From positions 1 to 58,238 of the forward strand of contig JBCCXZ010000017.1 in assembly GCA_039190745.1 (NCBI GenBank): a stretch of 58,238 nucleotides of DNA, read 5' to 3'. The position numbers were made by a program, and so were the translations under genes. The notes beneath the pieces were generated by a model that was not told the origin of the DNA, did not search any database, and worked only from the letters and a program-made list of their open reading frames with translations. This document shows, in pieces, positions 19,531 to 27,515 of this stretch (positions within the stretch are counted from its first letter, which is position 1; every line of letters begins with the position of its first letter). The stretch comes from Planctomycetota bacterium (GTDB lineage Bacteria > Planctomycetota > Planctomycetia > Pirellulales > Lacipirellulaceae).

Positions 19531-19710
19531 CTACCAAGCCATCTTGCGGCGGCGACGGCGGTGAATGCCGTTCACAGACTGCGGCGCCTTGCCGCGCTTC
19601 CGGCCCATCTGCGGGCGCCGCTGCTTCGCCGAACTGGCGGCCTTCGTCCGAGTGAAAGACTGTCCGCTGTAGTCCATCGCGTCCGCGTCGTAGTCCTGGA
19701 TGTGGCTCAT
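19531..19710 (-). CDS. Small 59-aa protein, acidic N-terminus and basic C-terminus ending NGIHRRRRRKMAW
   Basis: CAGGAG RBS before ATG 19710; sigma54-type promoter upstream; C-terminal motif shared with 18410-18616. Confidence 0.75.
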   Translation of the reverse strand: MSHIQDYDADAMDYSGQSFTRTKAASSAKQRRPQMGRKRGKAPQSVNGIHRRRRRKMAW

Positions 19711-19805
19711 TGCTTTCTCCTGTCGTTGCTGAAAGTGAGACTCGAACGATCGCGCGCCGACTGCGGGTTGCAATGTCGGTGCAGCAGATCGTCGCGTCCC
19801 ACATA

Positions 19806-19822
19806 AGCGATCCATGTGCCAA
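19806..19822 (-). promoter_or_regulatory. sigma54 (-24/-12) promoter
   Basis: Minus strand TTGGCACATGGATCGCT gives GG-N10-GC with TGGCAC; adjacent to a sigma54 activator gene. Confidence 0.7.
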
Positions 19823-20171
19823 TCAAAGCCGCGCGTCCGTGTGGCAGGAGAAGTCGTTGCCGACCAACAAGTTGCGAAGCCTTCACACGGGAATCGTCAC
19901 AACGCTGTGTTTCACCAGAGTCGTGAGAGAACGCGTAAGCAGTTCCGATTTGATGCGTGCAACGCAACGCCAAACCTTCGCTTCACACGAATGAAGAAAG
20001 CCCACCAAGTTGGTGAGCAAAAGAAGGGGAGCCGAAAGCCGCGCGGGGCAGGTCTTAGTCACCCGAGATGCATTGCCGTACACAAGCCGCAACCAGCAAG
20101 CTGCGTTAGCAGACCCCAAGCATGCGCGCGGAAAAGGCGCAGAAGATTCCACGAAGCCCTAAGAGCAAGCC

Positions 20172-21143
20172 CTAAGAAGGCTCGTCCAGCTGCGAGAGGA
20201 GCCTTGTGAGCGTGTTGGGGTGCACGCCCAACAACTGAGCGGCGCGGCCCTTGTGACCGCCGGTGGTCCGCAGAGCCTGCTCGAGAGCGGCCCGGCGGAG
20301 CTTCGACAAATTCGTGAAGGGGAGGTCCGCTCCCTGGCGGTCGCCCTCGGCCGATTCGCCGGGAAGCTGCGGCTCGCACTGCAGGACGTAGGCCTGCTCG
20401 ATGACATAGCTCAGCTGGCGGATGTTGCCCGGCCAGCGGTATTCGCAGAACCGACGCAACACCTCGGGCGTGGGTTGCCACACCGGCTGGTCGTACCTTG
20501 CAGCCAGCTTCTGAGAGAAATAGTCCACAAAAAGAGGGATGTCCTGCACCCGATCGCGGAGCGGCGGCATCTGCAGCTCGACCAGGTTCAGCCGGTAATA
20601 CAGGTCCTCGCGGAACCGGCCTTCGGCGACGTCCAGCTCCAAGTCTCGGTTGGTCGCGGCAACAACCTGCACGTCGACCTTCACCGGCTTCGACGCACCT
20701 ACCGGCGTCACCTCGCCCTCCTGCAGGACCCGCAGCAGCTTCGGCTGCAGTTCCAGAGGCATATCGCCCACTTCGTCGAGGAAAACCACGCCCGAGTGGG
20801 CCGCGCGGAAAACACCGAGACTCGCTCCGGCGGCCCCGGTGAACGCACCTTTTTCGTGGCCGAACAGCTGGCTCTCGGCCAGCGTTGCCGTAAGGGCTGC
20901 ACAGTTCACCGGCACGAAAGACCGATCGCGGCGGGGGCTGAGGCGGTGCAAGAGTCGGGCCCAGACTTCTTTGCCGGTCCCGGTTTCGCCCGTAATGAGA
21001 ACAGTGCACTGCACGTGCGCAGCGCGCTCGGCGTGGTGCGCCACCCGGTTCACACGCGGGTCGCGTCCAACCACCAAACTGGAGGGGTCGTCCGCAGGAA
21101 GCGCCAAGAGCGCTTCCAGGGAGTCATTCGTCGTCGTTGCCAT
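20172..21143 (-). CDS. sigma54-dependent enhancer-binding protein lacking an N-terminal sensory domain (PspF-like architecture)
   Basis: GETGTGKE, VNCAAL, ESQLFGHEKGAFTGA, FLDEVG, QPKLLRVLQE, FREDLYYRLN, WPGNIRQL, Fis-type HTH; only about 25 aa precede the AAA+ domain. Confidence 0.93.
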   Translation of the reverse strand: MATTTNDSLEALLALPADDPSSLVVGRDPRVNRVAHHAERAAHVQCTVLITGETGTGKEVWARLLHRLSPRRDRSFVPVNCAALTATLAESQLFGHEKGAFTGAAGASLGVFRAAHSGVVFLDEVGDMPLELQPKLLRVLQEGEVTPVGASKPVKVDVQVVAATNRDLELDVAEGRFREDLYYRLNLVELQMPPLRDRVQDIPLFVDYFSQKLAARYDQPVWQPTPEVLRRFCEYRWPGNIRQLSYVIEQAYVLQCEPQLPGESAEGDRQGADLPFTNLSKLRRAALEQALRTTGGHKGRAAQLLGVHPNTLTRLLSQLDEPS

Positions 21144-21555
21144 CTCTATTTGCCTGCTCCGGGCATGCGCAAGGGCGCACGCCGCAGCGCACGGAGAAAC
21201 ACAGATTCAATAGCCCCACCCGTATTTCAGAACCGTACGCCCTGCTTCACTAGCGGCCCAACCTCTGGAGAAATCGGTACGAAGGAGCGTTGCGAATCCG
21301 TCCGCGTCATCCCGCCTTTGCCATGCGGAATCCATGCCCAATCAAGTACGCGGCTGCCTATACCGCTGCACCCATCCTAGTCGCTCCCTACGCCTTACTC
21401 AAACAAACAGTTCCACAGATTCGGTGAACTTTCACCCGTCTATCCAACACAAACCGATCCCCGCGCGAGCTGAAAAACACCTTAAACGCCGAAGTGAAGG
21501 GGGGTTTGGGATTTCGTGGAGACTAGGCTGCGCAAAAACGCGAATTCTACCGCCT

Positions 21556-22305
21556 TCACTGTTCGTCGTGTTTCACCCCAGACCAGCCGACCAACCGCGC
21601 CTCTGCAAGAGGCGAATCGTCCCGGGCAAAGAAAAGCACGTGCTGCCACGGAAGCCTGTCGAACTGCCCCACAAGCTTCAGACCGCCAGACCGGAACTCT
21701 TTCAGGCATTGGGCCTGCGTCATCTTGTGGAGCGGCTTGATAGGCACATAGGGGTCTTCCAAGCGGAACTCCACCAACGCGACCCGCCCAGTTGGCCTCA
21801 GGCTCTGGCGCAACTCGGCAAGCGCTGCCGCCGGGTCGGCCAGCTCGTGGTAGACGTCGACTAAGAGCACAAGATCATACGCACGCTCCGCCAGCCCGGA
21901 TTGGGTGTCGGTTGCAAGAACCGTTTGAACGTTCTCGATACCCCGTGCCTCGGCGCGTGCGGCGAGCAACTCGAGCATCTCCGGCTGCAATTCGACCGCG
22001 TCCACCCTGCCCACCGGGGCGACGAGGGGCGCCAGCCGGAGCGTGTAGTAGCCGTTGCCGCTGCCGAAGTCGCAAACGCGTTGCCCACGCTCGAGGCCCA
22101 GCGCGGCGATCAGCAGGTCGGGCCGTTCCTCTTTCTCACGCGTGGTTCGAACCAACCAGTCCGCCCCTAGGTAAGACATCGTCGGCGCGATCTGCCGGCC
22201 CATGAAGTAGCCGGGCCGCGTCGGCGCCGCGGTCTCATCGGCACAAACGGTTGGCGCGACAACGCAAATGGCCAGCAGCAACAGCAGACTGAGCAGAATC
22301 CGCAT
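21556..22305 (-). CDS. Exported class I SAM-dependent methyltransferase
   Basis: Signal peptide, YFMGRQIAPTMSYLGADWL, DFGSGNGY, VDVYHE, IKPLHKM. Confidence 0.85.
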   Translation of the reverse strand: MRILLSLLLLLAICVVAPTVCADETAAPTRPGYFMGRQIAPTMSYLGADWLVRTTREKEERPDLLIAALGLERGQRVCDFGSGNGYYTLRLAPLVAPVGRVDAVELQPEMLELLAARAEARGIENVQTVLATDTQSGLAERAYDLVLLVDVYHELADPAAALAELRQSLRPTGRVALVEFRLEDPYVPIKPLHKMTQAQCLKEFRSGGLKLVGQFDRLPWQHVLFFARDDSPLAEARLVGWSGVKHDEQ

Positions 22306-22351
22306 CGGAACCTCCCGGCGAGCGTGTCGCCGGCCGAGGGGCCGACGCAGT

Positions 22352-23266
22352 CTAAGCCGCTTGACGCACAGCGGCCGGGTCTTGCAAAGCAACCACGCCG
22401 ATTCTAAGCCGAGCGGCCAGCTGGCAGAATCGCTCACGGTCGAGCACGATCGTTTTTTCCGCCTCGATCGCGAGCACCGAGCCGCCCGCCCGGTGGACCG
22501 ATTCGAGCGTCGAGACGCCCACCGTCGGCACGTCGAAACGCATGTCCTGTTCCGGCTTGGCCGTCTTCACAACGGTAAACGATCCTCCGCGGGCCAACTC
22601 GCCGGCCCGCCGGATGCACTCGTCGGTCCCTTCGATCGCTTCCACGGCCAGCACCGCTTGGTTCCGGACGCAAACGGTCTGCCCCACGTCCAGCCCGCCC
22701 ATGCCACGGGCCAACCGCCAGCCGAACTCCACGTCGCGCACCTGGCGGTCGGTCAATGGTCTGCCGGCGAGGTGCCCTGCCGGGACCAGCAGCTCGGGTG
22801 CAAAATCGGTCGCCGGTTCCATCACGATCCCCTCCTCGCCAAAGGCGCGCACCACCGTCCCCAGCAGCGTGTCGTCCGCCGCGTCCCGTGTGCCCGACAG
22901 CAGCTGCGGGTAGAACGCCCGGATGCACTTCCAGTCCGGCCGGTGCCGCAACCACCAACGCGGCTGCAGCAGCAGCACTTTGTGAACCTTGCCCGCCATC
23001 GTCGCCCGCTGCACGTTCCAACGCCGGAACATGCGGATCGACTTGCCGATGCTGCAGGCCCCGATCCAATCAAACCGGTCGCAGTACTCCGCGATCGACG
23101 GGTCGGCGTGGTCGCGGATGCCAAGGCCGCAGACGCTCTTCCCCTGCCGCCGCAGCGCGTCGGCCACCGAGAGCGGGAACGTCCCCCAGCCGGCGATCAA
23201 GCCGATCGGTTCGCGTACCGGTCCCCGGGCTGGCGTCGCTTCGGGCGTTTGTCGGAACAGACGCAT
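22352..23266 (-). CDS. lpxI: UDP-2,3-diacylglucosamine diphosphatase LpxI (DUF1009)
   Basis: IGLIAGWGTFP, MAGKV, DVGQTV, AVEAIEGTD, KPEQDMRFDVPTVG. Confidence 0.92.
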   Translation of the reverse strand: MRLFRQTPEATPARGPVREPIGLIAGWGTFPLSVADALRRQGKSVCGLGIRDHADPSIAEYCDRFDWIGACSIGKSIRMFRRWNVQRATMAGKVHKVLLLQPRWWLRHRPDWKCIRAFYPQLLSGTRDAADDTLLGTVVRAFGEEGIVMEPATDFAPELLVPAGHLAGRPLTDRQVRDVEFGWRLARGMGGLDVGQTVCVRNQAVLAVEAIEGTDECIRRAGELARGGSFTVVKTAKPEQDMRFDVPTVGVSTLESVHRAGGSVLAIEAEKTIVLDRERFCQLAARLRIGVVALQDPAAVRQAA

Positions 23267-23274
23267 CGCTCGCC

Positions 23275-24336
23275 TCACGCGGCCTTGTCTTCGGAGCCGC
23301 CCTCGCCGGCAAGCTGTTGCTGCAGTGCGTCCCACTGCCGCTGCATCCGGCGGAACTGCTTCCGCATCTCGGGCAGCTTCGCGACGGCGGCCATCTGGAG
23401 TTTCTGATCGCGGATCGGGGTGGCCGGTGCGCCGAGCATCACTTCGCCGGCGGCCACGTCGTTCGGCACGCCCGCCATCGCGCTCAGCACGGCGCGGTCG
23501 CCTATGTGCACGTGGTCGCGGACCCCGACCTGACCGGCCATCACCACAAAGTCGCCCGTCGAGGTGCTCCCCGCGATGCCCACCTGCGAGCAGATGAGGT
23601 TGTGCCGACCGATCCGGCAGTTGTGACCAATCTGCACCAGGTTATCGATCTTGGTCCCGTCGCCGATCGAGGTCGCCCCGTAGGTGCCGCGGTCGATCGT
23701 CGCATTGGCTCCGATCTCCACGTCGCGGCCGATGCGGACGTAGCCCAGTTGCTGGGAAAGCTCATGGCCCCGATCGTCAGACCGGTAGCCGAACCCATAG
23801 CCCCCAATCACAACGCCCGCGTGAATGATCGAGCGGTCGCCGACTTGCGTGTTTTCGTAGAGCACCGCGTTGGGGAACACCGTCACCCCTTCGCCGATCA
23901 CGCACCCAGCGGCGATGCGCGCCCCCGCGTGGATCGTGGCGCCCGGGCCGATTCTTACGCCGGCGCCGATCGAAGCGCCCGAATAAACGACCACGTCCTC
24001 CGCAAAGTCGGCCGAAGGGTTGACGCACGCTTCGGGCGAGACGCCCCGCGCAGGGAGCGAAAGCGAAGGCCGCAGTTGGGCCACGATCTTTCCGAAGGCG
24101 TCGTGAACGTCGTCCACAACGATCCCGGGCTTGTCGCCGAGCTCGGCGTCGTCTGAGACGACCGCCGCGGCTGCGGTAGACCGGCTCAATGCCTCGGCGT
24201 GTTCCGGCCCGTCCGCGAGCGTGATGTCCGCGCGGCCTGCCGCGGCAATCACCTCCGCGTCTTCGATGCGGGTCGAGCCGTCTCCGATCAGACGCCCGCC
24301 CACCAGGTCGGCCAGATCGGCCAACGAACCCGCCAT
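23275..24336 (-). CDS. lpxD: UDP-3-O-acylglucosamine N-acyltransferase
   Basis: Hexapeptide repeats, [38 protein letters not shown]. Confidence 0.95.
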   Translation of the reverse strand: MAGSLADLADLVGGRLIGDGSTRIEDAEVIAAAGRADITLADGPEHAEALSRSTAAAAVVSDDAELGDKPGIVVDDVHDAFGKIVAQLRPSLSLPARGVSPEACVNPSADFAEDVVVYSGASIGAGVRIGPGATIHAGARIAAGCVIGEGVTVFPNAVLYENTQVGDRSIIHAGVVIGGYGFGYRSDDRGHELSQQLGYVRIGRDVEIGANATIDRGTYGATSIGDGTKIDNLVQIGHNCRIGRHNLICSQVGIAGSTSTGDFVVMAGQVGVRDHVHIGDRAVLSAMAGVPNDVAAGEVMLGAPATPIRDQKLQMAAVAKLPEMRKQFRRMQRQWDALQQQLAGEGGSEDKAA

Positions 24337-24466
24337 CCTGCGATTCCTTTCGATGCCGCCGGCCCGGTGAAAGGGCCGGTGTGAACTGCAACGCGGTAGG
24401 ACTAGGCGTTCCGCGCGGCCGGGAGATTAGCGTCGAACGACGCCGATCGGCAAGACCATTGGGCCG

Positions 24467-24877
24467 CTAGCTACGCCCCTTCGGCGAGGCCTCACGCGAC
24501 CGCACCAGGTACATCGCCTGGTCGAACTGCTTCTGCAGCTGAAGGAACGAGTCGATCTCGCCCCCGCGGTCGGGGTGCATCGCCTTCACGCGGCTCCGGT
24601 AGGCCGCCAGCACCTCCTCCTCCGTGCACGGCAGCTGCAGCCCCAGCGCCTCAAGGCACGGCGGGCGTTCAATCAGCGACCAGTACGGAGCCCGGCGGCG
24701 GATCGGCCGCGATACCAGCACCACCGCCCTGCGGAGCGACCGCAGGTAGCGGCGGAAGTCGAGGACAAAAAACACGTAACCGAGCAGCGGCAGCCCAAAA
24801 ACCAGCGCGAGATACAGCACAACCAGCGTGGCGTCGGGGCCTTTCGGCCAAGAGCTTGTGGCGGCTGCTAGCGGCAT
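24467..24877 (-). CDS. Small membrane-anchored J-domain protein
   Basis: N-terminal TM, then LGL...AYRSRVKAMHPDRGG. Confidence 0.8.
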   Translation of the reverse strand: MPLAAATSSWPKGPDATLVVLYLALVFGLPLLGYVFFVLDFRRYLRSLRRAVVLVSRPIRRRAPYWSLIERPPCLEALGLQLPCTEEEVLAAYRSRVKAMHPDRGGEIDSFLQLQKQFDQAMYLVRSREASPKGRS

Positions 24878-24969
24878 GCGGTCGACACCGACGCTGAAGC
24901 GGGGCAGGTGGGGAGCTGCCTATCCTAGCACGGCCAATCGCGGGGGACGTCCTACAAGAGAAGTCCCAC

Positions 24970-25001
24970 AAAAAAGGTTGGGCCCCCTTAGGGGCCCAAC
25001 C
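24970..25001 (-). terminator. Intrinsic terminator downstream of hsp20
   Basis: Minus strand GGTTGGGCCCC-TAAG-GGGGCCCAACC-TTTTTT. Confidence 0.85.
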
Positions 25002-25033
25002 CAGTCCCACAAGCAATTCTTCCTGAACGAGAC

Positions 25034-25465
25034 CTAGCGGATCTCGATCTGCTTCGGTTGCGCCTCAGGCCGCTTCTGTAGCGCCACCCGCAAGACGCCG
25101 TCGGCTAACGTCGCCTCGATCGAGTCGGGGTCGACCGTGTCCGGCAGCGAGACCCGGCGGACAAAGTCGCCGTACGCACGCTCGTCGTGCAGACGCTTCC
25201 GCTCGCCCTCGGGGCTCTTGCGGGTCAGCCGCACTTCCAGCACGCCCTTGTCGTAGGTCAGCCCAACGTCATCCCGCTGGACGCCCGGGGCGTCGACCTC
25301 GAGCTGCACCGACCCGTCTTCCTCCCACAGGCTCGCGGCGGCGTGACCCGCCTGAGCAAACCCGCGGGGCTGACCGAAGACCTGTTGCACCAGCGTGTCA
25401 AAATCGCTGAGCTGCTGAGGCAGGTACTGACGCACCCGGTTGTTGCTGCATCGTGTGTTCGACAT
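25034..25465 (-). CDS. Hsp20/alpha-crystallin small heat-shock protein
   Basis: DAPGV, ERAYGDFVRRVSLP, ATLADGVLRV; GGAGGAG RBS. Confidence 0.92.
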   Translation of the reverse strand: MSNTRCSNNRVRQYLPQQLSDFDTLVQQVFGQPRGFAQAGHAAASLWEEDGSVQLEVDAPGVQRDDVGLTYDKGVLEVRLTRKSPEGERKRLHDERAYGDFVRRVSLPDTVDPDSIEATLADGVLRVALQKRPEAQPKQIEIR

Positions 25466-25556
25466 GGCCTATCTCCTCCTAGAAGAAGCTTGAGCAACCG
25501 CCGGGCACGCCCACCGAGCCGGGCAAATCGCTTGGTTCTCGATTGCACGTCACTAA

Positions 25557-25573
25557 AGCGACTAGCGTGCCAA
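25557..25573 (-). promoter_or_regulatory. sigma54 (-24/-12) promoter of hsp20
   Basis: Minus strand TTGGCACGCTAGTCGCT (GG-N10-GC), with upstream TGCCA-N3-TGGC[AG] dyads at 25651-25663 and 25705-25717. Confidence 0.7.
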
Positions 25574-25718
25574 AGGGAGCGGTCTGTCCGTAACCCTATT
25601 ATTGAAAATGATTTAGGGTATTCAGCCTCGGCGATAGCCGAACACGAGAATGCCATATTGGCAGCACAGACTAGAGGCGCGCCTCTCCGCACACCAAGCA
25701 GGACTGCCAGAATGGCGG

Positions 25719-26201
25719 CTAACGGGCGGCCGGGCCCGGCCTCTCGACCACGTCTTGCACCACGTACGAACCGGCAAACCTGAGGTACTGAACCGGACCC
25801 TCTCGGACTTCAACCCTCACGTCGAGCTTCGAGCTGCCTTTGCTGCCCAGCAAGTCGAAGAAGTGCCCCACGTCGGTTTCATCCATCGACAGAGCACGGG
25901 CCACGATATGCTCATGACGCACCGGCTCGCGGTACTTGATCTCGCCCCGCCGGATCACGACGTTCCCATAGAGGCCCCTGCTCCGCAGCAGCAGGTAGAC
26001 CGAGCCCCACCCCACCACCGTACTGAGCGTGCTCAGACTCCCCGCGAACGCGGAGAACTGGTGGTTGCGGTTCGCGTCTAGCGGCATGCTCATCGCCAAC
26101 CGGCCTTCGTCCCAGGACTCGGCTCGAACGCCCATCGGCTGCGTGATCGGCATCTCGCGGTGCAGCGTCTCTTGCAGCTCAAGCAGCAGTGGGTCGGGCA
26201 T
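25719..26201 (-). CDS. Hot-dog fold thioesterase (YiiD C-terminal-like)
   Basis: MPITQPMGV, PLDANRNHQFSAFAGSL, GWG, IKYREPV. Confidence 0.85.
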   Translation of the reverse strand: MPDPLLLELQETLHREMPITQPMGVRAESWDEGRLAMSMPLDANRNHQFSAFAGSLSTLSTVVGWGSVYLLLRSRGLYGNVVIRRGEIKYREPVRHEHIVARALSMDETDVGHFFDLLGSKGSSKLDVRVEVREGPVQYLRFAGSYVVQDVVERPGPAAR

Positions 26202-26359
26202 AGAAGAACGGCCGCGGCACTGGCCGCTCGCGGCGCCGGAGGGACGCTGGCAGAAGCAACGATGCTAACCGATCGGGCCACGCCCCACCACAGGACCCAC
26301 AGAAGGCCTCAGCCGCTTCGGGGCTTAGTTCACAAGCCCGAGATCACAGCCCTCAGAGA

Positions 26360-27322
26360 TCACAGCCCCCAGATCAACAACGCCGCGTAGTCCAGCTGAT
26401 GCGGGTCTGCCCCGTTCGGCGTGCTGTCGTACCGCTCAATCACCGAGAGCTTCAGGCTCACATTCGCCGGGCGGTCGAGGTCGATCTCCCAGCCGATGTC
26501 CGACACGATACGGTACCGCGAGAAGTCTTCCCACTCGGGGAAGTAGTCGATCTTCCCAGCAAGCCGCTGCATGTCAGAGATCTTGTACTGGGCCTCTAGC
26601 CCGAACAACGCCTCCGCGGGGATCGAGTCGTCCGGCCCGCCAAACTCTCGCGAGGCGCCGGCGCCGAAACGGCCGGTGAGATCGAACCAGTCGCGGTCGA
26701 AGAACTGGTAGCCCACACCGCCGTTGATCGCCAGCCGCAGGTCGAACGCCTGGAACTCGTCGTAGAGCAGCTGCTCCGAGAGGAACAACGACCACCGCGA
26801 GTCGGCGATAATCCGGTCTAGCCTTGCGTCTTGCAGTGCGTTGTTCTGCGTCTCGACCCGGTTCGCGGAGTTCTTGTTGAAGACGATGTTCGAGTCGAAC
26901 TTCCAGACGTCGGTCTCCCGACGCAGGTGCCCGCCCGTGCGGAGGCTCAGGGCCTCGTTCAGCCCGTCGGTGCCGTTCAGGCCGAACTCCACGCCCGCGT
27001 CCCAGCAGTCGGTGCAGAACCAGTACGCCGGCTGGTACCACTCAGGGGCGGGTTCGACGACCGCCTCCGCGAGCGGTTCGCCTTCGACGGTTTCCGACTC
27101 TGGCGCGGGGCCGGTCGATGCTTCAGGGCCCGGCAGGTCAATCGCGGGGAGCTCCGAGAGGCCCGCCAGCGTGCCCGCCCGATCTAGGTCGATCCCGGGC
27201 GGAGGCAGCACGGGGACGACCGCCTCCTGCGCGGCCGCAGCAGCCGCAACGACGCCAACCAGAACCGCCGCAAGGCCCCACCGTCGCCGCAAGGCAGCAT
27301 ACCGCCACCGAGCACTTCGCAT
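26360..27322 (-). CDS. DUF481-like outer membrane beta-barrel protein
   Basis: Signal peptide, YDEFQAFDLRL, GVGYQF, RYDSTP, C-terminal aromatic (LIWGL). Start uncertain. Confidence 0.75.
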   Translation of the reverse strand: MRSARWRYAALRRRWGLAAVLVGVVAAAAAAQEAVVPVLPPPGIDLDRAGTLAGLSELPAIDLPGPEASTGPAPESETVEGEPLAEAVVEPAPEWYQPAYWFCTDCWDAGVEFGLNGTDGLNEALSLRTGGHLRRETDVWKFDSNIVFNKNSANRVETQNNALQDARLDRIIADSRWSLFLSEQLLYDEFQAFDLRLAINGGVGYQFFDRDWFDLTGRFGAGASREFGGPDDSIPAEALFGLEAQYKISDMQRLAGKIDYFPEWEDFSRYRIVSDIGWEIDLDRPANVSLKLSVIERYDSTPNGADPHQLDYAALLIWGL

Positions 27323-27445
27323 CGGGGGCGCAGTCGGGCGGCGTTGAGGGGGGGCGGAGTACGGCACGAGACGGCGGTTCATACCAACCGCACCGTCTCC
27401 GCGGCAAGATGGAATCCCCGCAAGAACAGCCCGCAGCCGGCGCAC

Positions 27446-27476
27446 AAAAAAAGCCGGGCCCCGCGTGGGGCCCGGC
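27446..27476 (-). terminator. Intrinsic terminator of the Cys-rich repeat gene
   Basis: GCCGGGCCCC/GGGGCCCGGC stem followed by T7 on the minus strand. Confidence 0.85.
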
Positions 27477-27515
27477 CGTTCGTTTCACTCTTGGTGCTAG
27501 CAACCCGACGGGGTT

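Noticed and set aside
21150..21555. Riboswitch in long intergenic regions (also 33640-34185, 52610-53067)
   Set aside because: No recognisable aptamer core by eye; an Rfam scan is needed to exclude this properly.
26329..26376. AGATCACAGCCC direct repeats at the DUF481 stop
   Set aside because: Very short duplication of the gene end; could be an old insertion scar, but there is no further support.
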